55,470 bases of DNA from a virus (Duplodnaviria; Caudoviricetes): the IMG/VR virus record IMGVR_UViG_3300045911_000113, positions 1 to 55,470 of that record; one strand, 5' to 3'. The position numbers and the translations under genes are program-made. This document shows positions 28,745 through 37,886 of the stretch, in pieces. Within the stretch, counting starts at the first letter, position 1. Every line of letters begins with the position of its first letter. The notes beneath the pieces were generated by a model, which ran no database searches, had not been told where the DNA came from, and saw only the letters and a list, made by a program, of their open reading frames with translations.

Positions 28745-28814
28745 AACCTCTTATTTTGAACTAAGCGAAATTTCATTGGTTACTTCTTCTAACTCGAATA
28801 CACTGAGTCATATA

Positions 28815-29294
28815 TTACCTCGGTACGGCGCTACCCGATGTACTACCTGATACAGCTTGGAGAAACAAATTTTCGATGAATCGACCGATCTTATAACCTT
28901 TACGATTACAAAAATCAGTTACTTGTTCTTTGATATCATTTCTAATTTGAATTGTGGCATATTCAGACCTTATAATTTTTGACTTTGGCTTATCTTTTGC
29001 TAAAACATTGGTCAATATGCCGCCGACATCTTTTGTTGATCGACCATACTTTTTGATAAGATCGGCTTCAAAATTAATAGCTTCTTCCTCGGAAAGATTC
29101 TTTGCCACTATCTTTACTTCTACTGATTGTCCAGAAAGCTTTATATCTTCCAGTATTACTCGAGTATGTGACGTTATTCTTGAATCTTGTTTGTAATATT
29201 CTTTAAAACGATCACCTATACCCTTACCAACATAAAATGGCTTGGATGTTCTTGGATCTATTAACTCGTAAACATAAAAATCCGATCTAGCCAT
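28815..29294 (-). CDS. GIY-YIG (LEM-3-like) nuclease domain fused to C-terminal ribbon-helix-helix-like domain
   Basis: FYVYELIDPR...FYVGKG..DR, E..LI..YGR, LTN; tail YATIQIRNDIKEQV..FC..KGYKI.RFIE. Confidence 0.7.
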   Translation of the reverse strand: MARSDFYVYELIDPRTSKPFYVGKGIGDRFKEYYKQDSRITSHTRVILEDIKLSGQSVEVKIVAKNLSEEEAINFEADLIKKYGRSTKDVGGILTNVLAKDKPKSKIIRSEYATIQIRNDIKEQVTDFCNRKGYKIGRFIENLFLQAVSGSTSGSAVPR

Positions 29295-29384
29295 GCGACT
29301 CTCCTAAAATCTACTATCAGAAAAACGACTCTACTATAAGTAGTAGATGTTTGGTAGAAAAACGAAAATCCCTCAAGATTTCTG

Positions 29385-29654
29385 CTAATCTACTTGTTTC
29401 ATCAGTTCTCGGTATCGTGCTTGAAGAAGAATCTGAACATGTTGTTCTTTTTGACTTAGATGTTCACGTAGTTCAGATTTTTGTTCATCAGACACGGCAA
29501 TAAAATTTTCTTCTCCAAACAGCGACAATTCTCCACAGTAAAAACACATACTGATGTCTCCGACTTGTGGAGTAATGTTTTCATCATTTGAGGCGGCGTC
29601 AAGAATATTTGCACAGTATGGACATTGCCGCTTGTTAAATCGAACAGTATTCAT
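29385..29654 (-). CDS. small zinc-ribbon protein
   Basis: CPYC...CFYC. Confidence 0.6.
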   Translation of the reverse strand: MNTVRFNKRQCPYCANILDAASNDENITPQVGDISMCFYCGELSLFGEENFIAVSDEQKSELREHLSQKEQHVQILLQARYRELMKQVD

Positions 29655-29724
29655 TTTACGAACTCAATGGTTAAAATTTGGATTGTTCTTTCTGTTGAAA
29701 TTCCTTAGAATAGAAATCAACATA

Positions 29725-30651
29725 TTATCCTCTACGGATGACCTTCTTTTTATTTGAGGGCAAATACCAAGAAAATGAACACAACGATGCATCATTCCTA
29801 AAGGGACACCACTTGCAGTTCTTCTCGGAGGGAGTGGCCTTCTGTTCGGGGCGAGGATTGCCTTCTTCGTCGAACGCTTCATTAAGAAATTTTTGAAACC
29901 GCGCGGCAGCACGATTCATGCTAACCTTGCCGTGACTAGGTTCAAATCCCGCTACATGTTTTATCGGAAAATCAGAATTTTCGGGCAGTTTACGCTTAAG
30001 AATAATGAATTTAACAATGATATTGTCTACAGGCACACCGAACAAATCAGCATAGAATCTCTTGTATAGTATGAGCTGATCAGTTTTGTTAACATCCGTT
30101 TTCTCGTATGACCAACCACGGGTGCTGGTCTTAAAATCATAAATGTAATACGTCTTGGTGGCCTTGTGATACATCACCACGTCAATGTAACCACGAAATA
30201 AAATTCCTTTTTCCAATTCTTTCTCAAGAGGCACTTCTACACCAATCAATTCTCGATTGGGTGGAAACCACTCTTTGTGGTGTTGACGGATATGTTCGAG
30301 AATATTACATCCATCAGCATAAAACTCAGCTACTTCTTTCTGCGTAGTCAGTGGTTCACGACCTTCGAGCATGAGTTCATCTCTGACCAATTCTATGAGT
30401 TGCTCCTTGAGCATCGCGTTCATATCGAAAACACGAGCCTTGAGTTTATCGTCACCATACAAAAGACCAAGCCAATGTTGAATTACATTGTGCATGGCCG
30501 TACCAAAAACCAGATTGATACCGGAATCTTGTTTATGGCCGTCTACATATTGCAATTTCCACTGATGCGGACAAGTCATCCACTTCGTATATTGCGAATA
30601 TGACACAGAGCGCTTCTTTTCAATGACTTGTTCTTCCTTTAGATCTTCCAT
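29725..30651 (-). CDS. PD-(D/E)xK exonuclease (Cas4/RecB-like)
   Basis: SYSQ...CP, FGTAMH, GYIDVV, DFKTS, QL.LY, C.WCPF...C. Confidence 0.88.
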   Translation of the reverse strand: MEDLKEEQVIEKKRSVSYSQYTKWMTCPHQWKLQYVDGHKQDSGINLVFGTAMHNVIQHWLGLLYGDDKLKARVFDMNAMLKEQLIELVRDELMLEGREPLTTQKEVAEFYADGCNILEHIRQHHKEWFPPNRELIGVEVPLEKELEKGILFRGYIDVVMYHKATKTYYIYDFKTSTRGWSYEKTDVNKTDQLILYKRFYADLFGVPVDNIIVKFIILKRKLPENSDFPIKHVAGFEPSHGKVSMNRAAARFQKFLNEAFDEEGNPRPEQKATPSEKNCKWCPFRNDASLCSFSWYLPSNKKKVIRRG

Positions 30652-31165
30652 TATTGAGTTTCTCTAAATAACTGTGAAATTTGTTCCAGTCGAAATGTTC
30701 GCCTGGGTCATTTTTTCTACCTCTAGGCCACGCTACATCGGAATGACCTATAATGGGTCGGCTCCTACTATCAGGATAACGCTTTTGTAATTGAAACACA
30801 AGCCACGATAAACGGTCGTATTGAATTTCTGTGTAGGCTTCTGGTGGACTATTTTGCAAACAGATGCCTATACTGACTTTATTCATGCGCCAGTGACCAT
30901 CATAATATGAAAGACCGGCATGGCCGGCCTCATATTTCGGGTCAACGAGCCGGTATATAGTACCGGTGCGACTAATGTAGTAGTGATACGAGTTTTGCTT
31001 GCGCCGCAACCACCGAAACGTGGTATTTGGGTCAGAACTACTATCATTGTGAATTACAATATAATTGATCGTGGTATCTCTACGATCACGGGCCGGAAAT
31101 GGTCGATTGACAATACGTGGTTGTGCGACTACTGATAACCATAGTGCTGCCGTAATTGTCAACAT
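30620..31165 (-). CDS. N-acetylmuramoyl-L-alanine amidase with N-terminal signal-like segment
   Basis: IVIHND, SYHYYI, AGHAG, SIGICL, GHSDVA..RK.DPG. Confidence 0.85.
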   Translation of the reverse strand: MLTITAALWLSVVAQPRIVNRPFPARDRRDTTINYIVIHNDSSSDPNTTFRWLRRKQNSYHYYISRTGTIYRLVDPKYEAGHAGLSYYDGHWRMNKVSIGICLQNSPPEAYTEIQYDRLSWLVFQLQKRYPDSRSRPIIGHSDVAWPRGRKNDPGEHFDWNKFHSYLEKLNNGRSKGRTSH

Positions 31166-31173
31166 ACTATCTC

Positions 31174-31959
31174 CTAATCTTGATATCTCACAAGTTCCAT
31201 TGTTCCATCAAAATGCTCAGCTATTGCTGTTCTGTTACCGATCCAGTCTCCGCAGTTTAAATATAATACGCCGTCAATCATTTTACAAGCCGGAGTATGA
31301 ATATGACCTGTAATAACTCCATAACAGTTTCGTTCCTTGGCGCGGTCTACAATAATGTTTTCAAAGTGGGTAATAAACTTAACAGCATCTTTTACGCGGT
31401 GTTTAATGAATTCACTGAAGCTCCAATGCTTCATTCCCAGAAATGATCGTAGTCTATTAATCTGGATATTCATTATGATTAAAAGTTCATATGCAATTGT
31501 GCCCACAAGTGCGAGACGCGGATGAAGAGTAACTACACCGTCGGCTTCGTCACCATGAGTAATATAGTATCTCTTACCATCGGCAGCCACAAATATATCA
31601 TCGCGCTTAATGGCGATTTCACCAAATGGAACACCAACAATTTCACGAAATTCTTCATCATGGTTTCCTGGAATAAAAATAACAGGCACCTTATTCGACC
31701 GCTTGAGAATCCAACGAATGAGATTATTGTTGTTTCGGTTCCATCTCATTCCACGCCCAAGCAATCGGAGGTCAATGATATCACCAACAAAATAGTATTG
31801 TTCAGCCGGATTGTGTTTCAGAAATTCCAGTAGATCCCCCGACCGGCAACCCGCCGACCCGATGTGAACATCGCTGATAAATAATGTTCGATACTTCGCG
31901 GTCTTCTGTTCTTTTATTAAAGATTCTTTCCCAGTTTGATTCATATGTTTCTCGATCAA
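31174..31959 (-). CDS. metallophosphoesterase, PlcP/LpxH2-like (phospholipase C type)
   Basis: FISDVHIG, VGDIID, PGNHDE, THGD, GHIH, NCGDW; start uncertain. Confidence 0.82.
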   Translation of the reverse strand: MIEKHMNQTGKESLIKEQKTAKYRTLFISDVHIGSAGCRSGDLLEFLKHNPAEQYYFVGDIIDLRLLGRGMRWNRNNNNLIRWILKRSNKVPVIFIPGNHDEEFREIVGVPFGEIAIKRDDIFVAADGKRYYITHGDEADGVVTLHPRLALVGTIAYELLIIMNIQINRLRSFLGMKHWSFSEFIKHRVKDAVKFITHFENIIVDRAKERNCYGVITGHIHTPACKMIDGVLYLNCGDWIGNRTAIAEHFDGTMELVRYQD

Positions 31960-32002
31960 TTAGAATCGGTCGTGGCTTACTACCCTTTCCATTTTGCGTC
32001 AT
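31802..32002 (-). CDS. small phage protein (GKGSKPRP...YE.NWERIF family)
   Basis: motif in first ~30 aa; ATGA-like coupling region with gp62 stop; tail overlaps next gene. Confidence 0.5.
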   Translation of the reverse strand: MTQNGKGSKPRPILIDRETYESNWERIFNKRTEDREVSNIIYQRCSHRVGGLPVGGSTGISETQSG

Positions 32003-32445
32003 AACTTTGCCCTCTTAATTTTTTTGGATTCTAATCCATATCCTTCAAGAATAGACCTGAGTTCTTGGCGTCCTTTATCGGACTTGTAAAATACCCGAAG
32101 ATACGAAATGGCTTCATCCTTAGACACACGAAAATGTTGTGCTACTAACTCGACAAGCCACGGTTCATAGTCTTCAACTTTTTTACCCTTGATCCACTTA
32201 TTGAACTGCTTACCTTTGGGGAGCAACTGACTGTAAAATAAGTATACTTCACGCGGACCCATTTGATCCCAATACTTGTTGACTTCATTGACATATAGCA
32301 AGAAGTCAGGATTCATACTAATCCCCATATTGATGACGTATGGCGTGAACGTTTTACGGTCAGCCTCACTTAGTTCATCATAATAGCCGATTTTCTGACT
32401 AGTAAAAATTGCATTGATGTGATCAAATGGTGTCTTGGGGGGCAT
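31999..32445 (-). CDS. clamp loader small subunit (T4 gp62-like)
   Basis: PFDHINAI, PYVIN..ISM..D, F.KWIK; position in replication module. Confidence 0.75.
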   Translation of the reverse strand: MPPKTPFDHINAIFTSQKIGYYDELSEADRKTFTPYVINMGISMNPDFLLYVNEVNKYWDQMGPREVYLFYSQLLPKGKQFNKWIKGKKVEDYEPWLVELVAQHFRVSKDEAISYLRVFYKSDKGRQELRSILEGYGLESKKIKRAKL

Positions 32446-32448
32446 GGT

Positions 32449-32742
32449 TTAGTATTCTGCGGGGATAAATGTTTCGTGCTTTGCACCGACAGGAACGCTC
32501 TGGGTTCGATCCATAACATTAGCAGCATCGGCACAATTTTTGTACATGACAGATACCATCATATCGCCGTAATTTGGTGAACTTCCTACTTTTACAAATG
32601 GCATTAGTGCTCGTTCTAGTTCGTTGACCCGAGCAACTAATACACTAATATGCTTAACCGCAGTAGCACTGTCAAGTCCATCCGGATATCCTTTACGGAT
32701 AATGTTTTTGATTTCGTCGGCGGGTTGTGAATAATTTGCCAT
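32449..32742 (-). CDS. hypothetical protein
   Basis: 97 aa ORF, GAGGAG RBS. Confidence 0.6.
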   Translation of the reverse strand: MANYSQPADEIKNIIRKGYPDGLDSATAVKHISVLVARVNELERALMPFVKVGSSPNYGDMMVSVMYKNCADAANVMDRTQSVPVGAKHETFIPAEY

Positions 32743-32753
32743 TATGATTCTCC

Positions 32754-33056
32754 TCAGATTAAACCGAGTTTGGGTTTTTCTGCGTCCGCAGAAGTTGTGT
32801 TGGCACCGGTGCGCCCCAATGCTTCATCACGAATGAATGGCGGGATAACCTGGTCAGGTACGGCTCCGCAAGCGTTACACGCAAATGACATCATGGGAAT
32901 GATGGCATCCTTACCGTTGGGTGATAACAATGCAGGAAGAACTCGAAGAAAACTAATCTGTGTAAAAGTATGGTTTCCACACTTACAGACTAGAGCCTTT
33001 GTTTTTCCTATATCAATAGAAACTTGTCCGGCGTCGGGACTAACAATTTTACTCAT
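32754..33056 (-). CDS. zinc-binding hypothetical protein
   Basis: CKCG...F...LLSP.G...FACNACG. Confidence 0.7.
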   Translation of the reverse strand: MSKIVSPDAGQVSIDIGKTKALVCKCGNHTFTQISFLRVLPALLSPNGKDAIIPMMSFACNACGAVPDQVIPPFIRDEALGRTGANTTSADAEKPKLGLI

Positions 33057-33166
33057 GTATACCTCTATTAGTAGGTTTCTACTATAAGTAGCTGGTTAGT
33101 TGCTTTTGGTAAGCTTTGAACCAACCCAGATACCAATTACAAAAAAATAGCGCCGCTGTGATCATA

Positions 33167-34522
33167 TTACCCTATTGTTTGTAGAATGTTGATAATCGTT
33201 GCCATCATATTAATTTCCTTGTTGACCACCTGCGCGTCGTATTTCTGACCCTCAGCAATGTGTAAAATTACTTGACTAATATTTCCTTTAGCGTAGGTAT
33301 CTACATTGGAGTATAAAAGACTATAAAATTCAGTAAAGTCACGAATACCAGCATCAGCGAACAGTTGACGAATTTCCGTGAATCGCTTCTTAGCATCGCC
33401 CTTCTGTCCAAGAAGTTCAATGACACGAAGTTTAATATCAGAAGCAACTACTTCCTCGGCATCAATTGACAATTTCCCGTCATTAACGGCCAACGAAGCT
33501 TCACCGATAATCTTACGAATATCGGGATAATAAGCATCTACGAGCAACTTGATGTCGTCCGGCTTATACGACACGCTTTCCTGTTTCAAGATACCAGCGA
33601 GGTGCTTGGCTACCTCAATCTTATTCGGCGGAACTACGTGGAACTGCTGAGTTCTGCTGATGATCGGGTCAATAATGCGTTCTACATAATTACAAGTCAA
33701 GATGAATCGGCACGACCGACTAAACGTTTCCATAACGTTACGAAGTGCTGCTTGTGCGTTCGGCGTCATATAATCACAATTATGAGTCAATGTTTGTGTC
33801 CGTCCAATAAAAAAGTTATGATTTCCTTGAACGGATAAATCATATACACGTCTTTGTACGTCGAGTTTTTTTATTTTCGTAATTTTGACAGTTTTTAATT
33901 CCACTTCTGGGGATAGTATGTGGGAATAAGCGTCCAATTCTGATGTTTTAACCACTAGTATCTCGCCTGTGTCTGATCGAACATACCATTTGTGATCCGC
34001 CGTACAGATTACGACCTCACCGTTCTCTAACTCAAGTTCATACACATCTTGTAAACCTTTATCAAATTTATCAAATTGTCTCCACTCAATTCGATTGTGG
34101 ACTGTATTCCACGATTTCACTAAATCCGTCAACGGATTTACATCTTTTATAGCCACTGCGGTTTCTGACCCCTCACGAAGTACCCACACCAATGTATTTT
34201 CGTCCAAACACTCATCTAAAATGATGACTTTGAGATCTGTAAACCCCACGGTCGAGGCAAATCCCCTTATCTTGTTTCGGACGGTATCTACATTGTTCTC
34301 ATCGGACGCATTGATATACAAGCTTTCACACTCAATGTTCTTGACAATAATCTTGGCCACTGTGGTCTTGCCTGTTCCTGGTGGTCCACTCAACAAGATG
34401 TGTGGAACATCACCCTCGGCAATAAACTTGCCAACCTTGGCCTTCATGCTATCGTTGCCGATGTAATTATCAAGTGTGGTAGGACGATATTTTTCTACCC
34501 ATATACTGTGTGTAGCGTTCAT
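33167..34522 (-). CDS. clamp loader large subunit (gp44/RFC-like) with intein; mature ~307 aa
   Basis: WVEKYRP, GPPGTGKT, NASD, IILDE|CDY, FILTCNY. Confidence 0.93.
   Translation of the reverse strand: MNATHSIWVEKYRPTTLDNYIGNDSMKAKVGKFIAEGDVPHILLSGPPGTGKTTVAKIIVKNIECESLYINASDENNVDTVRNKIRGFASTVGFTDLKVIILDECLDENTLVWVLREGSETAVAIKDVNPLTDLVKSWNTVHNRIEWRQFDKFDKGLQDVYELELENGEVVICTADHKWYVRSDTGEILVVKTSELDAYSHILSPEVELKTVKITKIKKLDVQRRVYDLSVQGNHNFFIGRTQTLTHNCDYMTPNAQAALRNVMETFSRSCRFILTCNYVERIIDPIISRTQQFHVVPPNKIEVAKHLAGILKQESVSYKPDDIKLLVDAYYPDIRKIIGEASLAVNDGKLSIDAEEVVASDIKLRVIELLGQKGDAKKRFTEIRQLFADAGIRDFTEFYSLLYSNVDTYAKGNISQVILHIAEGQKYDAQVVNKEINMMATIINILQTIG
33779..34210 (-). mobile_element. cis mini-intein (144 aa) at Walker B of clamp loader
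   Basis: CLDENT...CTADHKW...VYDLSV..NHNF...THN|C; no endonuclease domain. Confidence 0.92.
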
Positions 34523-34577
34523 ATTATTTATACCATTTTCGTTGATTTTCTAGCCACGGAATCATTAACTGTATGAT

Positions 34578-35747
34578 TCATCTCCCTACCTGTGCGATAT
34601 ATTTGGTTTTGAATTCTTCCCAACCCAAAGAAATAGCGTCATTATAAAACAAGATATCTGGATTGACGCGATTTTCTTCCACCAACTTTCGATATCTATT
34701 TTCTGCTTTGTTTTGCCACCACGATACAATATCCGTAAGGTCATTACGAAGATTATCTTGTAGAACTAACGAGTCTGCTGAAATTTCTTGACGAAGAAAT
34801 TCCCGTGTATTCTTATACACCGGCGCAAAATACACACCGCGCTTGAATCCATGCTCGTATTGCGTTGTAGTAAGACCACAATCCTTGTAAATCATATCTA
34901 TAATATTTTGTTTTTTGTTGGTGGAGTAGCCGTCTTTCATTGTCACCACGTTATAATATTCTATGGGATACTTTTTCTTGATAAAATCATGCATAATATC
35001 ATAGTAGTCTTTGTTAGGCTTGAGACTGACTTTGCCTGCTGTCTCGCCTAACGACTTCCACCATTTGATGCCGTTATACATACTACCATCACCGTATAAT
35101 GACATAGTAGTAAATCCCACCAATACATTACCATATTCGCGTTGCCATATATCACGAACATATTTTGATATTAACAATGATGCTATCAACTTACCACCAA
35201 GAAAGTTGTAACCTAGTGGTTGTGTAGGAGCAATGGTAGTAGCAACTGCGGTATAATTGAGCATACCCGATTCTTTTTGTATATCTGTCCATCCAATCCA
35301 ACGGTCACGAGCACCAAGATTCATTACATCACTTGATAAACTCGCAAATCCTAAAATTCGGCCATCTTGGTCTTCCGCGACGAATCGTAAAAAGCGACCG
35401 GGATTTTTATCAAAGTCAGCGGTATGACCAAACACGCGCAGAGTTCTCCACATATCAATACCTTCTCGGTCATCTTTTTCAATGAATCGAATACGTGGTT
35501 GTATGTGGAGAATTTCCTGCACAGTTTGATCTACATTCATTATATCGGTAGGACGCCAAATTCTGGCTTTGACACAGGACGCTCGATTGTACCACGTCTT
35601 ATAAAAACTCTGTATTTCTTGATGTTTCTTGTACAAGGTCAGTTCTCTCACATCCATAGATTTTAACATATCCATATGTGCAAGAAACGCGGAACGCTTG
35701 TCATCAAATGTTTCTTCTTCTACATCAAAGAAATCAGAAATTGGCAT
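34578..35747 (-). CDS. DruA/DUF4338-like protein (Mom-related GNAT fold)
   Basis: PGR.LRF, LG..SL.SD...L..RD.WIGW, P.QPLG.N.LGGKL.A, TTMSLYG..SMYNG, W..LGET.G. Confidence 0.75.
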   Translation of the reverse strand: MPISDFFDVEEETFDDKRSAFLAHMDMLKSMDVRELTLYKKHQEIQSFYKTWYNRASCVKARIWRPTDIMNVDQTVQEILHIQPRIRFIEKDDREGIDMWRTLRVFGHTADFDKNPGRFLRFVAEDQDGRILGFASLSSDVMNLGARDRWIGWTDIQKESGMLNYTAVATTIAPTQPLGYNFLGGKLIASLLISKYVRDIWQREYGNVLVGFTTMSLYGDGSMYNGIKWWKSLGETAGKVSLKPNKDYYDIMHDFIKKKYPIEYYNVVTMKDGYSTNKKQNIIDMIYKDCGLTTTQYEHGFKRGVYFAPVYKNTREFLRQEISADSLVLQDNLRNDLTDIVSWWQNKAENRYRKLVEENRVNPDILFYNDAISLGWEEFKTKYIAQVGR

Positions 35748-36472
35748 TAGTCTTCAAGCTGAATAACTGGAAGATAATATGTGACAGAAAAATCAACGAT
35801 TTCAAATGTTACACGAGCAATACCCTGCGATGATACTTCAATCTTACCCTTATCTGCTTCCTTGTTTGCTACAAGAATATCCTTGAGATATCGGGCGTGG
35901 AAGTTGATGGGTTCAATCTTATCCATCGTTGATGCCGGCAGAGGTAATGTGACACGATTGGTATTCATCTTACTATGACCAATAACAATCTGTGCCGACT
36001 TACCATCACACAACACCGTAAACGTTTCTACATCGGGCAATGCGTTCTTAGCCTTGATGAATCGTTCCACGAACACCTTATCGAGAGTGGACACGACTTC
36101 AAAATTTGGCATGGCCTTCTTGGCGACAGGCGCCCTTGGAATGTTATCTTCAGACGCCAACACAAAGTTGGTCTTTACGCCGCTGTTGTCACTAAACGAC
36201 AACGATGTATTCTTACCATTCACGGTAACAACCTTGACCGTGATATCCTCGTCCAATACACCGAGCATACTACGAAGCTGTGGCGTATCATATACAGCAT
36301 ACGAGCCTGGGTCCATCTGTAGTTGTGTGGTGCTGACTTCGCCTACCACGCTCTTGTCGTCACTGATAAAAGTCGTGGATAGACTCTTACCATCGGACTT
36401 GAGAATGACAGCATTAGCCACGCCACCAAGATTATACTTGGAAATAAACCGTTCAAGAATACTTTTCTTCAT
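35747..36472 (-). CDS. DNA polymerase sliding clamp (gp45-like)
   Basis: 241 aa, FI.KY.L.G start and .YYL end, between clamp loader and polymerase; start at MKKSIL after GAGGA. Confidence 0.72.
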   Translation of the reverse strand: MKKSILERFISKYNLGGVANAVILKSDGKSLSTTFISDDKSVVGEVSTTQLQMDPGSYAVYDTPQLRSMLGVLDEDITVKVVTVNGKNTSLSFSDNSGVKTNFVLASEDNIPRAPVAKKAMPNFEVVSTLDKVFVERFIKAKNALPDVETFTVLCDGKSAQIVIGHSKMNTNRVTLPLPASTMDKIEPINFHARYLKDILVANKEADKGKIEVSSQGIARVTFEIVDFSVTYYLPVIQLED

Positions 36473-36491
36473 TGTTTCCTCTGTAAAAGTG

Positions 36492-36533
36492 AGAACACCA
36501 TATAAATGTAACATCTATATGGTGTTCTGTCAA
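36492..36533 (-). promoter_or_regulatory. sigma70 promoter TTGACA-N17-TACATT overlapped by a 37-bp near-perfect palindrome
   Basis: agaacaccatata-a-atgt-a-acat-c-tatatggtgttct at 36492-36528. Confidence 0.75.
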
Positions 36534-36536
36534 GGG

Positions 36537-37181
36537 TTAGTATCGCGTTATCTTGGGATCGGTAAGCTTCGATCCCAATGACATAGATTTGATGGAATTG
36601 AACAATTGTGTCTTCAATTCTAGTGACGGATCATACCCATATCGGACGTATTTGATCATACGATTGAATACAGCATCAGCATTAAATTCTTTGTGGCTAT
36701 CATATCGAAGAATTTTTTCATTAAAATCCGAAAAGAACATCGGATGATAGACCAGTCTATATTCGCCATTTTCAACTATTGCAGCGCACTTGACCACCGT
36801 AAAGTCGAAATCACTCAAAACGTGTTCAGGCGTACCGTAATCTCGCATAATTAAGTCAATGTTGACCTTAGTTTCTACGTTTTGGTACGATATGGTATTT
36901 GCATTTGCATGCGAATAAACATACGGAGGATTTTCTTTTTCAGATAGCTCTGTAAATCTCGTCATCATCCGTGTATGTTCGGCGTCGTTGTAAAAGAATA
37001 CGTCAATATCCTTGGGGCTAAAATCTTCGCCAGGTGCAAATACCGTCTTAAATACCCCACCGGCTACGAACGAACGATTTTCAAATACAAGCGGCTTGAT
37101 TAATGACAACTTATGTCGTATGTGTTTTTCCGAAATGTTCTTTACATCGAGTCTTAGATACGATGGTAGTAGTGAGCTCAT
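36537..37181 (-). CDS. Pol-beta-type nucleotidyltransferase (tRNA NTase/polyA polymerase head-like)
   Basis: FVAGG, KDIDVFF, FDFT, R..KY..YGY. Confidence 0.68.
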   Translation of the reverse strand: MSSLLPSYLRLDVKNISEKHIRHKLSLIKPLVFENRSFVAGGVFKTVFAPGEDFSPKDIDVFFYNDAEHTRMMTRFTELSEKENPPYVYSHANANTISYQNVETKVNIDLIMRDYGTPEHVLSDFDFTVVKCAAIVENGEYRLVYHPMFFSDFNEKILRYDSHKEFNADAVFNRMIKYVRYGYDPSLELKTQLFNSIKSMSLGSKLTDPKITRY

Positions 37182-37235
37182 AACCGTGATAGTGTTCAGA
37201 CAATGAATAGTCGGCTATTGAAAGCATGGGGCGAT

Positions 37236-37523
37236 TTACTTGAGTTTCACAACGCCTTTTGTGAATCCACCCTTGAGCTTACGCTTGGCCTTTCGTTTGG
37301 TGTCTAGTTCTTTCGTATCAATTTTGTATAATTCAATAATCCCATCCAATACGTCAAGCACGTCTCCGATTTCTTCTATAAGATTATTATGATCCATCGC
37401 CACCAAAACCTCCGAGGCTTCCTCAACTAATTTTGCACGGAGCAAAATCTTAAATTCTGTTTCCGATTCTGTTTTTCGACTCTTTAGTCGTTCGGGATCA
37501 TAATTGTCTCTTACAAGTTTCAT
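37236..37523 (-). CDS. MazG-like/PRA-PH nucleotide pyrophosphohydrolase
   Basis: MKLVRD, KLVEEASE, EEIGDVLDV, KGGF. Confidence 0.82.
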   Translation of the reverse strand: MKLVRDNYDPERLKSRKTESETEFKILLRAKLVEEASEVLVAMDHNNLIEEIGDVLDVLDGIIELYKIDTKELDTKRKAKRKLKGGFTKGVVKLK

Positions 37524-37545
37524 ATATTATCTCATTGTGTTGTAA

Positions 37546-37830
37546 TTACACCTCGACAATTTCCCATTCACTTTCGATAAATGTGTTAAGTCGTGATACC
37601 AACCACGGGTACAGTGCTGTTGACGAGGGATGTACGTCAAGATGATTCCAAAATCCCCCACTAATATATTTGAAGCTAGGCCGATTTTGATAGACCTTGC
37701 CGGTCTTGCTTAGATTACTCTTGACATAATTGTTGAACTTGCGACCGTCTGTGGGCCGCGTCCACGTTCCTTTGATTTCACGCGACGGACAGAAATACAG
37801 ACCCGTGGGTTTGTGTAGTAGTTTATACAT
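37546..37830 (-). CDS. hypothetical phage protein
   Basis: MYKLLHKPTGLYF...SNLSKTGKVY...WEIVE; start uncertain. Confidence 0.6.
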   Translation of the reverse strand: MYKLLHKPTGLYFCPSREIKGTWTRPTDGRKFNNYVKSNLSKTGKVYQNRPSFKYISGGFWNHLDVHPSSTALYPWLVSRLNTFIESEWEIVEV

Positions 37831-37886
37831 CGTCATCCTCATGAGGCAGATTTTATGTCGATCCCCGTATGTAACAATGTGTAACA

